Positions 17,345 to 25,188 of a DNA stretch of 43,569 nt are shown piece by piece. The stretch's first letter is position 1; each line of letters starts with the position of its first letter. Location: contig JANZZJ010000255.1 of the NCBI GenBank assembly GCA_026419455.1, positions 1 to 43,569 on the forward strand, given 5' to 3'. A program made the translations under genes and the position numbers. Origin of the DNA: Candidatus Sumerlaeaceae bacterium (GTDB lineage: Bacteria; Sumerlaeota; Sumerlaeia; Sumerlaeales; Sumerlaeaceae). The notes under the pieces were generated by a model. The model was not told the DNA's origin and made no database searches. It saw only the letters and a list, made by a program, of their open reading frames with translations.

Positions 17345-19062
17345 TACTTGCTAGCTCCGGGCTGAGCAGAGAGCGGAGATGAGACAGGCGCGTAGAGGTA
17401 GTGGCGCCAAAGCCGGCCGCTTTCGTACCTTGCAACAAGCCGGTAGTTTTGGCGAATTTCCTCGCGCATCTGCAGCGTGAATGCATCCGTGTAAACGTCG
17501 TTTTGGAGATCCACAGTCGTCGCTATGAGGGAGAACTTCTTGTTTCTCAGGTCTCGCAAAAACGGTTCCTGGTCCCATCTCCCCTGACGAGCCAATTCGC
17601 TCATGATGAAAGGCTGGAAAAGGACATCTTTCTCGGCAAAAATGGTGTAGCATGCCAATTCACAAAGCACAGGCGACTTGGCAGCGCGGATCTGCTGGGT
17701 AAGCAGTGCTGCGTTTTTAAAATCTTCCGGCGACGGCTGTTTACTCATCAATATTGGTCTGAGATTGCCCATCGCAATAGTATGACAAAGAAGCAGCAGA
17801 GCCATGAGGTGGATGGGATCGTAAGCAAGGCCGGAGGTAGTCGAAGCGATTTTCAGCGATCGTGCCATCATCACACCGACGAAGAGAGACGCAGCCGCTA
17901 GTGGCTCGAGAAGATAATTCTCAGCACTTCCGGATTTCGCAATAGCAAGAATATTAATTAACGATGTAAGAAAATAGGCGACAACGAGAATGCCCGTGAA
18001 ATGCTGAGGCGAACGAGCTTGGGCAGCAGTAGCATCATTGCGGTCAACCGTCATTGCGGTTGAGGTGGGTGAGCCGATGTTCTCGCTTAGGAGGTGGTGG
18101 CCAGAATCATCATTGTTTGGGAGCAGGTCATTGTCGGTAGTTGAAGTTTCTTTCCTGAAAGTTGCGATAGCAAGACACGCAGCAATTAGGCCGAGCAGAA
18201 AGGGATAAAACCGCCACAGATGGCGCCCCCAGATTATCAAATCGTTCCAGTTCATCTGGTTGGCGTTATAGATAACTGTGTGAAGGAAGAACTGCCCCTT
18301 CGTCAAACCAGTCAGAATTAGGAAGGGTATTCCGATAGCGGAGAGGGTGAGTAAGAAAAACCGATGGGCGGCAGAACGATCGAAACGCAGCAGCGCCACG
18401 TAGGCAGCGACTGGTGCGCTCAAAGACGTTTGCTTAGTGAAAAAGGCCAACGCAAAAAGCACGGCGGCAAGGAATGCGTGGCGTCTTGCCGGAGAGCAGT
18501 GTAGCGCCGCTAGACCCGCAAGCGAGAGACCACACGCGAGAAAGTCTACTCGAAAATAAGGCGTCCAGCTGTAGACCTCATACGTTGCGAGATAAAGGCC
18601 AACGGCAACGCAAGGAGCGACAAACGATCTCGCTGCGAGCACGCTCGCAAGCCCTAACGCGAACAACGTCAGCAACAAACCGCCAGCCGAAACAAGGCGT
18701 CCTCCCCACAGCGAGGGGATCTCAGCCGATGTAAAAAGCGAGCTCGCGAGAAGATATAGAGGTGGGTAAGTTCCCACAATGAATGGATAGTCGTTAATCG
18801 GGCGGTACGGTAGACGTCCCTTCCTGAGGTCAAGCACCTGCGCGAGCAGAGCACCTTCCTCATTGTCGAGCTGGAAGTATGGGTGATCGAGTCCAACCGC
18901 GAGACGGCTAACAACGGCACTGCCACCCTGAAACACCAACCACAATGCACTGACAAGTATCAGCAACGCAGCCGGTAACAGTTTTAGTGGAGGCAGTAAC
19001 TTTCGTGGGGCAGTAGAGGACGTTCCCAGCTCTGGTGCTTCACGCTGAGGATTGTCCCACAT
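17344..19062 (-). CDS. GT-C fold membrane glycosyltransferase (ArnT/PMT_2-like)
   Basis: The 572-aa polytopic ORF has a first periplasmic loop reading LDNEEGALLAQVLDLRKGRLPYRPINDYPFIVGTYPPLYLLASSL. This matches the DE..Y...A......G...P......KPPL.YW pattern of ArnT/PMT-type enzymes. There is a C-terminal soluble domain of about 130 aa. Confidence 0.65.
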   Translation of the reverse strand: MWDNPQREAPELGTSSTAPRKLLPPLKLLPAALLILVSALWLVFQGGSAVVSRLAVGLDHPYFQLDNEEGALLAQVLDLRKGRLPYRPINDYPFIVGTYPPLYLLASSLFTSAEIPSLWGGRLVSAGGLLLTLFALGLASVLAARSFVAPCVAVGLYLATYEVYSWTPYFRVDFLACGLSLAGLAALHCSPARRHAFLAAVLFALAFFTKQTSLSAPVAAYVALLRFDRSAAHRFFLLTLSAIGIPFLILTGLTKGQFFLHTVIYNANQMNWNDLIIWGRHLWRFYPFLLGLIAACLAIATFRKETSTTDNDLLPNNDDSGHHLLSENIGSPTSTAMTVDRNDATAAQARSPQHFTGILVVAYFLTSLINILAIAKSGSAENYLLEPLAAASLFVGVMMARSLKIASTTSGLAYDPIHLMALLLLCHTIAMGNLRPILMSKQPSPEDFKNAALLTQQIRAAKSPVLCELACYTIFAEKDVLFQPFIMSELARQGRWDQEPFLRDLRNKKFSLIATTVDLQNDVYTDAFTLQMREEIRQNYRLVARYESGRLWRHYLYAPVSSPLSAQPGASK

Positions 19063-19065
19063 TCT

Positions 19066-20268
19066 TTAGCTCCCCTTTTCCCATGTTCGTATGACACGAA
19101 GTACAGCATTTGCCACTTCGCGGCCTGTCATCGCCTGCATGCAGGTTGGTACTTTGTCGCATTGTTTGAGGTAACACGGGCTACAATCAAAATCTGTGAT
19201 AACCTTTTCCCCGCGGTCATAAAGGTCAATCTCTACTGGCGAGGTTGAGCCAAAGAGGGCCACCACATACTTGCGCAGAGCAATGGCAATATGCATCGCG
19301 AGACTATCCGAGCTGACAACGATGTCACACGCGTCGATGATCCCAAAGAACTCGTCCAATGAATTGTCGCATCCCGTATCTACAAGTCCCTCGGAAGCTG
19401 ATAAAATAGCTTTGTTCATATCCCTTTCAGCCGGGCCACCTAGTAGAAGTAGTGTAGCCTGCGGGACCTGTTGCTTGAGCTCGTTGATCAGCTCAACCCA
19501 CCGTTCGACCGGCCAAAGCTTAGTACGAAAGACAGATCCGCAGCCGGTATTAAGTCCGATCCAGGGGTGTGCCGCGTTGGGTAATTGCTCAGCCAAGCGC
19601 GCACGACGGGTTGCGGCTACCTCGGGTAGGTAAAGCTCGTAGGGGTCGCGCTGATAAGGGATTTCCGCCATTTCAGCAATAATTTGCGGATAAGTTTTTT
19701 CATTAATATGAAATTTTAATTCGTCGCTAATTCCCAATAACAATGCGTAGACGGAAGACGCATTAAATACGGTGGGCGTGTTCCAAATCGTCGGGGCAAA
19801 GCCACGGTGGACGCGTGCAGGGACCCGACCTGCAAGAGCGAGAGGTGCAGGATCTTTTTCAAAGTTAAGCAGGAGATCGAAGGTTTCGGTAACCAGTAGT
19901 TTCTCTGTAGTCTCATCTAAGACGAAGAGTCGGCAGATTTTGGGATTATGAATGAGTAAAGGGACTGCCGATTTATCCGTAACCCACGTGATGGAGGCTT
20001 CAGGGTACATTCGCACCAACGGCGCCAACAAGGTTGTCGTGCGCAAGACGTCCCCCATCGCGCCGGTCTTAATGATAAGGATCTTGTAGGGCGAGTCGTC
20101 GCGTACGTCGCGAGGTGGTGCAAGCACACGGACAGGGGTAGCGGGTTCAGCAGCATAAGGCTCGCGTGGCTCATAATGCCAACAACCTTTGCACTCGTTG
20201 CCGTAGCGGCAAGGCTTGTAGCCAGTGTAGAGTACGCAGTCAAAACGGATATCTGAAAAATCCACCAT
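19066..20268 (-). CDS. Glycosyltransferase family 9 (heptosyltransferase-like) with an N-terminal Cys-rich extension
   Basis: The motifs KILIIKTGAMGDVLRTTTLLAPLVRMYPEASITWV, LLLLGGPAE and DIVVSSDSLAMHIAIAL are present. A C-terminal CSPCYLKQCDKVPTC is also present. The N-terminal roughly 60 aa carry C-x8-C-x5-C-x2-C. Confidence 0.8.
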   Translation of the reverse strand: MVDFSDIRFDCVLYTGYKPCRYGNECKGCWHYEPREPYAAEPATPVRVLAPPRDVRDDSPYKILIIKTGAMGDVLRTTTLLAPLVRMYPEASITWVTDKSAVPLLIHNPKICRLFVLDETTEKLLVTETFDLLLNFEKDPAPLALAGRVPARVHRGFAPTIWNTPTVFNASSVYALLLGISDELKFHINEKTYPQIIAEMAEIPYQRDPYELYLPEVAATRRARLAEQLPNAAHPWIGLNTGCGSVFRTKLWPVERWVELINELKQQVPQATLLLLGGPAERDMNKAILSASEGLVDTGCDNSLDEFFGIIDACDIVVSSDSLAMHIAIALRKYVVALFGSTSPVEIDLYDRGEKVITDFDCSPCYLKQCDKVPTCMQAMTGREVANAVLRVIRTWEKGS

Positions 20269-20327
20269 AGCTCTGAATTTGTCGGTAATGAAGAATGCTG
20301 ATGCAATGCAACCGCTAACAGCACAAG

Positions 20328-22709
20328 TTATGAAGCTGTAGTTGGTGCGTTGGACGGCGAGTGATCCTCGGTGTTACCATTTCTAGTCGCAAATTGAAGC
20401 TCGTAATAGCGGGCATAGCGACCCCCGCGCTGGAGTAATTCATGGTGGGTTCCGCGCTCAACTATTCTGCCAGCATCAAGTACAATAATCTCGTCGCAAT
20501 GCAGGATCGTCGCGAGGCGATGAGCAACTACAAAGACTGTACGTTGTTTCATTATCCTGTGGAGCGATTGCTGGATGAGGGCTTCCGTTTCGGCGTCAAG
20601 CTGGCTTGTCGCCTCGTCAAGGATTAAGATGGGAGCGTTCTTGAGGAACGCACGTGCAATGGAGATGCGCTGACGCTCGCCGCCGGACAACCTTACTCCA
20701 CGCCCCCCAATGAGGGTCTCATAACCTTTAGGCAGACGCATAATAAAATCGTGGGCATTCGCAGCTTTCGCGGCCTCGATGATGCGCTCCAGGGGGGTGT
20801 CGTCGGGCATGCCATAGGCGATGTTGCGTGCAACGGTGTCGTCGAAAAGCACGACGTCTTGCGAAATAAGCGCAATATGATCGCGCAAGGATCGCAAACG
20901 CACGGTACGAATGTCCACGTCGTCGAAAAGGACGCGTCCCTGGGTAGGATCGAAAAACCGAGGGAGGAGACTGATAAGGGTGGTTTTACCCGATCCTGTT
21001 TCGCCGACAATGGCAATAGCTCTTTTTGCTGCGACGGTGAAGTCTATATCGCGTAGGACAAAATCAGTCTCATCATTATAACGGAACCACACGCGCTCGA
21101 AGCGGATTTCGCGACTGAGCGGGGGTAGCTGGGGCGCCAAAGGATCGTCCACAATTGTAGGTTTAGTGTCCAAAACGCGAAACACGCGGTCACTCCCCGC
21201 CATGCCCCGCTGAATTTTCGAAATGACGCGACTGCTGCCCTTGAGAGGCCGAAAAATCTGGGAAAGGAAAACAACAAAAAGCACAAATTCCGACCCACTG
21301 AGCTCTCGGGTTTGGAGAACATAATAACCGCCGAGAAGAATCATGACCGCAACTGTAAGCACGCCCAGAAATGCCGTGAGACCTGTGCCAAGCTCCTCTG
21401 CCACAACGGTTTTAAGAGATCGGCGAAAGGCTGTCCAGCTTTCCCGTTCGTAATGGTCAGCTTGTGCTTCCTCCATGTTGAAAGCTTTAACGACCCTAAT
21501 GCCAGAGAAGGACTCCTGTGCAATCGAAGACAGTACGGCGCGAAGCTCTTGGATCCGTTGGCTAATTTTCCGGACTCTACGGCCAATGCCGTATAGGAGC
21601 AATCCAATGAGCGGCGCCACCGTAAGACTATAGAGCGTGAGTTTTGGAGAAACGAAGAACATGGCCCCGATCAGCATGGAGACGGTAATCGGGGTTTTCA
21701 GGACGTTAGAAAAAAGAATGTCGATTGAGCCAGAGACAGCGGCAACATCTTGCGTCACCACTGACATGAGGTTTCCAATGGAGCGACGATTGTAGAATGC
21801 CATGTCGAGGTGCAGTAGGTGACGCAAAACATGGTTGCGAAGTCGGGTGACGCACAGATTGGCCATGTACGCGCTGAGGTAACCAACACCGAACGACGCA
21901 GTAACCATGCATAACGCGGAAACAACCAAGAGAATGAGGATCCCCCCTAACACGCGAAACTTATTTGTATTGCTGACCATAACGTATTGCTGGAGTTTCT
22001 CGAGGTAGGGAGCGGCAAGCTCGCCGATACGCGCTTTAATATCTCCAACGAAGCTCGACTTTTTGGGCTTGGAAATCTTGGGAAGCGGGACATTTTTCAG
22101 GTCGCGCGCGAGGATCTCTGTTGCCAGTGGATCGCGTGGCCCGATTAGACGAAAGTTGTTGTCGGAACGAAGTTCCTCTGGAGGCGTTACATGCGCCGGT
22201 AATAAGACGACTATTTCCGTGCCACGCAAAGAAACTACTTTAGCGTAGTAGAGTTCCCCCCATATCATGTCCCCAAGAGTTGTCGCGGGGGAAAGGTCAA
22301 TGATGAGGCGACGAGTGGGAGGTTTTCCGACTGCCTCGACAATGTCGCGGAGCTCTTCGGCGGCACGCGCCGGTACAAGATCCCCTATAGCCCGCACGGC
22401 GACACGGTCGCCCTCGAGCTTCACTGGCGCTCCGATTTCAAAAAGGCCTTTCTGACGAATCTTGGAGGAGTCTGTAATGCGGTTCTTCACGAGCAGATCA
22501 AGAGTTGGGCGAACTAGACTGATGGTTACGACCGTAAAGGCGCCCTCAAGAAGCATGCACGTCACGAGCAGGACTACCACATGACGCGTACCTCGCAGAT
22601 ACGTCAGAAGGCGCCGATAGAGAGCGAAGTCCGTGTAATTTCGCTTAACCCTCTTTTTCGCCACTTTCCGCCACCGCTTGTTCGAGTTTCTGCAAGTAAA
22701 TTGCTGCAA
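20328..22709 (-). CDS. MsbA-like ABC exporter (fused TMD-NBD) with a roughly 175-aa insertion between TM1 and TM2
   Basis: In the NBD, Walker A is GETGSGKTT, the signature is LSGGERQR, Walker B is ILILDEATS and the H-loop is VVAHRL. The TMD has six spans, and a hydrophilic block lies between the first two. The start is uncertain: TTG 22709 (ORF track) or GTG 22664. Both overlap the upstream ORF. Confidence 0.85.
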   Translation of the reverse strand: MQQFTCRNSNKRWRKVAKKRVKRNYTDFALYRRLLTYLRGTRHVVVLLVTCMLLEGAFTVVTISLVRPTLDLLVKNRITDSSKIRQKGLFEIGAPVKLEGDRVAVRAIGDLVPARAAEELRDIVEAVGKPPTRRLIIDLSPATTLGDMIWGELYYAKVVSLRGTEIVVLLPAHVTPPEELRSDNNFRLIGPRDPLATEILARDLKNVPLPKISKPKKSSFVGDIKARIGELAAPYLEKLQQYVMVSNTNKFRVLGGILILLVVSALCMVTASFGVGYLSAYMANLCVTRLRNHVLRHLLHLDMAFYNRRSIGNLMSVVTQDVAAVSGSIDILFSNVLKTPITVSMLIGAMFFVSPKLTLYSLTVAPLIGLLLYGIGRRVRKISQRIQELRAVLSSIAQESFSGIRVVKAFNMEEAQADHYERESWTAFRRSLKTVVAEELGTGLTAFLGVLTVAVMILLGGYYVLQTRELSGSEFVLFVVFLSQIFRPLKGSSRVISKIQRGMAGSDRVFRVLDTKPTIVDDPLAPQLPPLSREIRFERVWFRYNDETDFVLRDIDFTVAAKRAIAIVGETGSGKTTLISLLPRFFDPTQGRVLFDDVDIRTVRLRSLRDHIALISQDVVLFDDTVARNIAYGMPDDTPLERIIEAAKAANAHDFIMRLPKGYETLIGGRGVRLSGGERQRISIARAFLKNAPILILDEATSQLDAETEALIQQSLHRIMKQRTVFVVAHRLATILHCDEIIVLDAGRIVERGTHHELLQRGGRYARYYELQFATRNGNTEDHSPSNAPTTAS

Positions 22710-23433
22710 ACGCTAGCAGATAAAGGAAATTGTAGCCACCGCCGACCATTTCGCGAAACCACTGATCCCAGGGGATTCGAAAAATTGTCGTCGGCCGGCT
22801 CGGGTGCTTTACCCGCAGCAGCGGAGCGTGTTCTTCCTCTGAGTCATGTGGCACTAGAACAAATCCACGCTTATGAAGTTGTGGTAAGAGCGTTGTCTCC
22901 ACAAAACGTTTCGCATTAAAGAAAACCCAAATAGCAAGCTTCTGAGGAAGAAGCACGTCCTGGAGGAGCGAAGGCTCTATCCATGAGTAACGAAGGGCAG
23001 CGGCTTTTGGTCCCTCCCCGCCAGTGATGGCATCAAGAAAATCAATCCAATAGGGATGGGCGCTTCCGCCCATCATGCTTCGGGAACGCTCCAGGACGTC
23101 GACCCACAACATTTCGCGCTGGTTAGCTGGGAGGTTCTTAACCGGCACAAAGGCAAACACTAGATCGGGATCAAACTGCCCCAAGACACACGTATCGTGA
23201 GCAAAAGCTTCTTGGGCGAATTTTTCAATAAAGTCGCGCAAGCTCGCCCAACGAGCCAGGCCCTCTTCGTTTTCGGCGAGTTCCTTGGCATGGGCTTCAA
23301 GAGCTGGGCGGCACGCTTCAAAATCGTAAATGGCAATTCGCACGTTCACGAGTTGTCCGTTACAATGGGAAAAGCATAGCTGTTCTCTTTCAAGGTGGAA
23401 TGGTGGTAATTGTGCCCAGTTGGAAAAAAGCAT
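22645..23433 (-). CDS. Hypothetical protein (262 aa), first gene of the long minus-strand string
   Basis: The long ORF has coding-like composition and no signal peptide or TM. Its 3' end overlaps the ABC exporter start. I recognise no family. Confidence 0.5.
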   Translation of the reverse strand: MLFSNWAQLPPFHLEREQLCFSHCNGQLVNVRIAIYDFEACRPALEAHAKELAENEEGLARWASLRDFIEKFAQEAFAHDTCVLGQFDPDLVFAFVPVKNLPANQREMLWVDVLERSRSMMGGSAHPYWIDFLDAITGGEGPKAAALRYSWIEPSLLQDVLLPQKLAIWVFFNAKRFVETTLLPQLHKRGFVLVPHDSEEEHAPLLRVKHPSRPTTIFRIPWDQWFREMVGGGYNFLYLLAFAAIYLQKLEQAVAESGEKEG

Positions 23434-23578
23434 TATTTTGCACGTTCAGAACGCACGAAAAGCTCGAACCGATCCAAAGCGACAAGTTCACCGTTGTGCC
23501 ACTTTATTTCAGAAACCGTGGTCGCTAAATTCGTGTCCAAATTATGGGTCAAGCTTGTAGAAATGGGAGGGTGCTACC

Positions 23579-23986
23579 ATGCAGGGTACGGTGAAGGCGG
23601 GAATCAGCTTCTCGCGGAAGATTTTCGCGCTTGTAGTTGCTCATCGTGCCGACGCGGTCACAGATTCCGGGGAAACAGGTGGTATCCCTGAGGTCCAGTA
23701 CGTGAAAGCAGGGGGGCCTGAGGAAGCCTTGCAGCTGCTTAGAGATCAGACGGTAGACGTCGTCCTTGTTGATGGAGATGAGCAAGACTGGGAGTTCGAA
23801 AATGTGGTCAGTAAAGTAACGTCGGCCCGTAAGGACGTAATCTGTGCAGTGGTGACGGAGGCGGGAAATGATGAGATGTGGATAAGGGCTCTCAATGCTG
23901 GCGCCTGCGACCTTCTTGAAAAACGCGGACTAAATTACGCCTTATGCCAACTGATGCGGCGCCAAGGGCGCCGCATTGCGGCATAG
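23579..23986 (+). CDS. Stand-alone CheY-like receiver domain lacking the N-terminal acidic pair
   Basis: GGGAGG at 23565-23570 lies 8 nt before the ATG. By eye the protein aligns to CheY as follows. ALVVAHRAD replaces the DD pair. VVLVDGD retains the phospho-acceptor-like Asp. AVVTE matches the Thr position. ACDLLEKR matches the Lys position. Confidence 0.5.
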   Translation: MQGTVKAGISFSRKIFALVVAHRADAVTDSGETGGIPEVQYVKAGGPEEALQLLRDQTVDVVLVDGDEQDWEFENVVSKVTSARKDVICAVVTEAGNDEMWIRALNAGACDLLEKRGLNYALCQLMRRQGRRIAA

Positions 23987-24088
23987 CATTTCGAGGTTTT
24001 CGTAAAAAATCCTTGCATCCCTGCCTGCGCGCTGGGCGTGTAGTATGGTACAATGTAGAAGTACGACTCTGAGAAGGAGGCATGAGCG

Positions 24089-25144
24089 TTGTCGATCCAG
24101 GCAGGCGGTGGTGTGCGCAGGAAGAAACTTTTGCTGTTGGACACAGGCGACAATTGCCGTTGCCCAATGGCAGAAGGTTACCTTAAGAAGCTGCTCTTTG
24201 AACGGGGGATTGATTGGATTGACGTTTCGACAGCTGGCGTAATGACGCCTACGGGACTCCTTCCTACCCCTGAGGCAGAACAATTGCTCAAAGAAGAGGG
24301 GGTGGACATTAGCCGGCATCGTTCCCGCCCCATGAAAGCCCATATGCTTGAGGAAGCGGATTTGGTGTTGGGTATGTCTTCGCTCCACGTTCAGAAGGCA
24401 ATCCGCGAAACAGAGGCAGCCAAGGGAAAAACCTTTCTCCTTAGAGAATATGTTGGCTACCACGGGAAGCAAGTGCAAATCCCGGATCCCATGGGCGGAA
24501 CGATGGACGCCTTCAAAAGGGTATTCGACCAACTGAAAGATGCGTTGGAGAAACTTGTGGAGACGGATTTCATCCGCATCCCCCCGCCGGGATGGAAATC
24601 GGCCTCGCCAGGCCCCGAAGAAATCGAACTGCAGGAAGAAGAATCACCTCTGGCGGCCGAAGTTGAGGCGGGAAAGGCAGAAGCATTGATGCCAGCTGTC
24701 AGCGACGATGCGAAGTTGCCCCCAGCAGGCCAGGAAGAGCCAGCCGTGGGGAGACGCAAGCGTGGCCGCCCGAGAAAAGTGGATACTGGCGTAGCGATAG
24801 AGGCGCCTGCTCCGCGCAAGAGGGGCAGACCCCGAAAAGCAACCTCGGCGGAGGCATCCCCGCCGAGTCAACTTGAGAAAAAGCGCCGCGGCCGTCCTCC
24901 CAAAAGTGAAACTGACAAAAAGGCGAAGGAAAAATCCGCACGTAGAAAAGTGCAGAAGAAAAGTGCCCAACCCGAGAGAAAGACTGCCGAAGCACAAAAG
25001 AAGAAGCCTACGACCAGCGCGAAAACTCAAAAGCCACCTCAAAAGGCATCAGCTCGTCGGCTGGAAAGTAAGTCCGTGGTGGCGAAAACCAAAGGAGCGC
25101 AGAGTCGCCGAGATCGGCGGCAGGCGCAATCGCGAAAAAAATAG
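24089..25144 (+). CDS. YwlE/LMW-PTP-like domain (P-loop Cys replaced by Asp) fused to three AT-hooks and a Lys-rich tail
   Basis: AAGGAGG at 24074-24080 lies 8 nt before TTG 24089. The N-terminal domain reads KKLLLLDTGDNCRCPMAEGYL ... ADLVLGM ... FLLREYVGYHGKQVQIPDPMGGTMDAFKRVFDQL, which parallels B. subtilis YwlE (FVCTGNTCRSPMAE ... FTLKEYV...DVLDPFGG). The C-terminal half contains RRKRGRPRK, RKRGRPRK and KKRRGRPPK, followed by a K/Q/A/S-rich tail. Confidence 0.7.
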   Translation: MSIQAGGGVRRKKLLLLDTGDNCRCPMAEGYLKKLLFERGIDWIDVSTAGVMTPTGLLPTPEAEQLLKEEGVDISRHRSRPMKAHMLEEADLVLGMSSLHVQKAIRETEAAKGKTFLLREYVGYHGKQVQIPDPMGGTMDAFKRVFDQLKDALEKLVETDFIRIPPPGWKSASPGPEEIELQEEESPLAAEVEAGKAEALMPAVSDDAKLPPAGQEEPAVGRRKRGRPRKVDTGVAIEAPAPRKRGRPRKATSAEASPPSQLEKKRRGRPPKSETDKKAKEKSARRKVQKKSAQPERKTAEAQKKKPTTSAKTQKPPQKASARRLESKSVVAKTKGAQSRRDRRQAQSRKK

Positions 25145-25188
25145 CTTGATGACATTGCGTTCTCATCATTCATTGGAGGTTTTCCCCT

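Noticed and set aside
24082-24183. ATG 24082 lies right after the strong AAGGAGG, in a different frame from the phosphatase-like ORF. This suggested a possible uORF or frameshift.
   Set aside because: The ATG is only 1 nt from the SD, which is too close. Its frame gives a short, motif-free peptide (MSVVDPGRRW...). The in-frame TTG 24089 sits at an ideal 8-nt spacing and leads directly into the LMW-PTP N-terminus.
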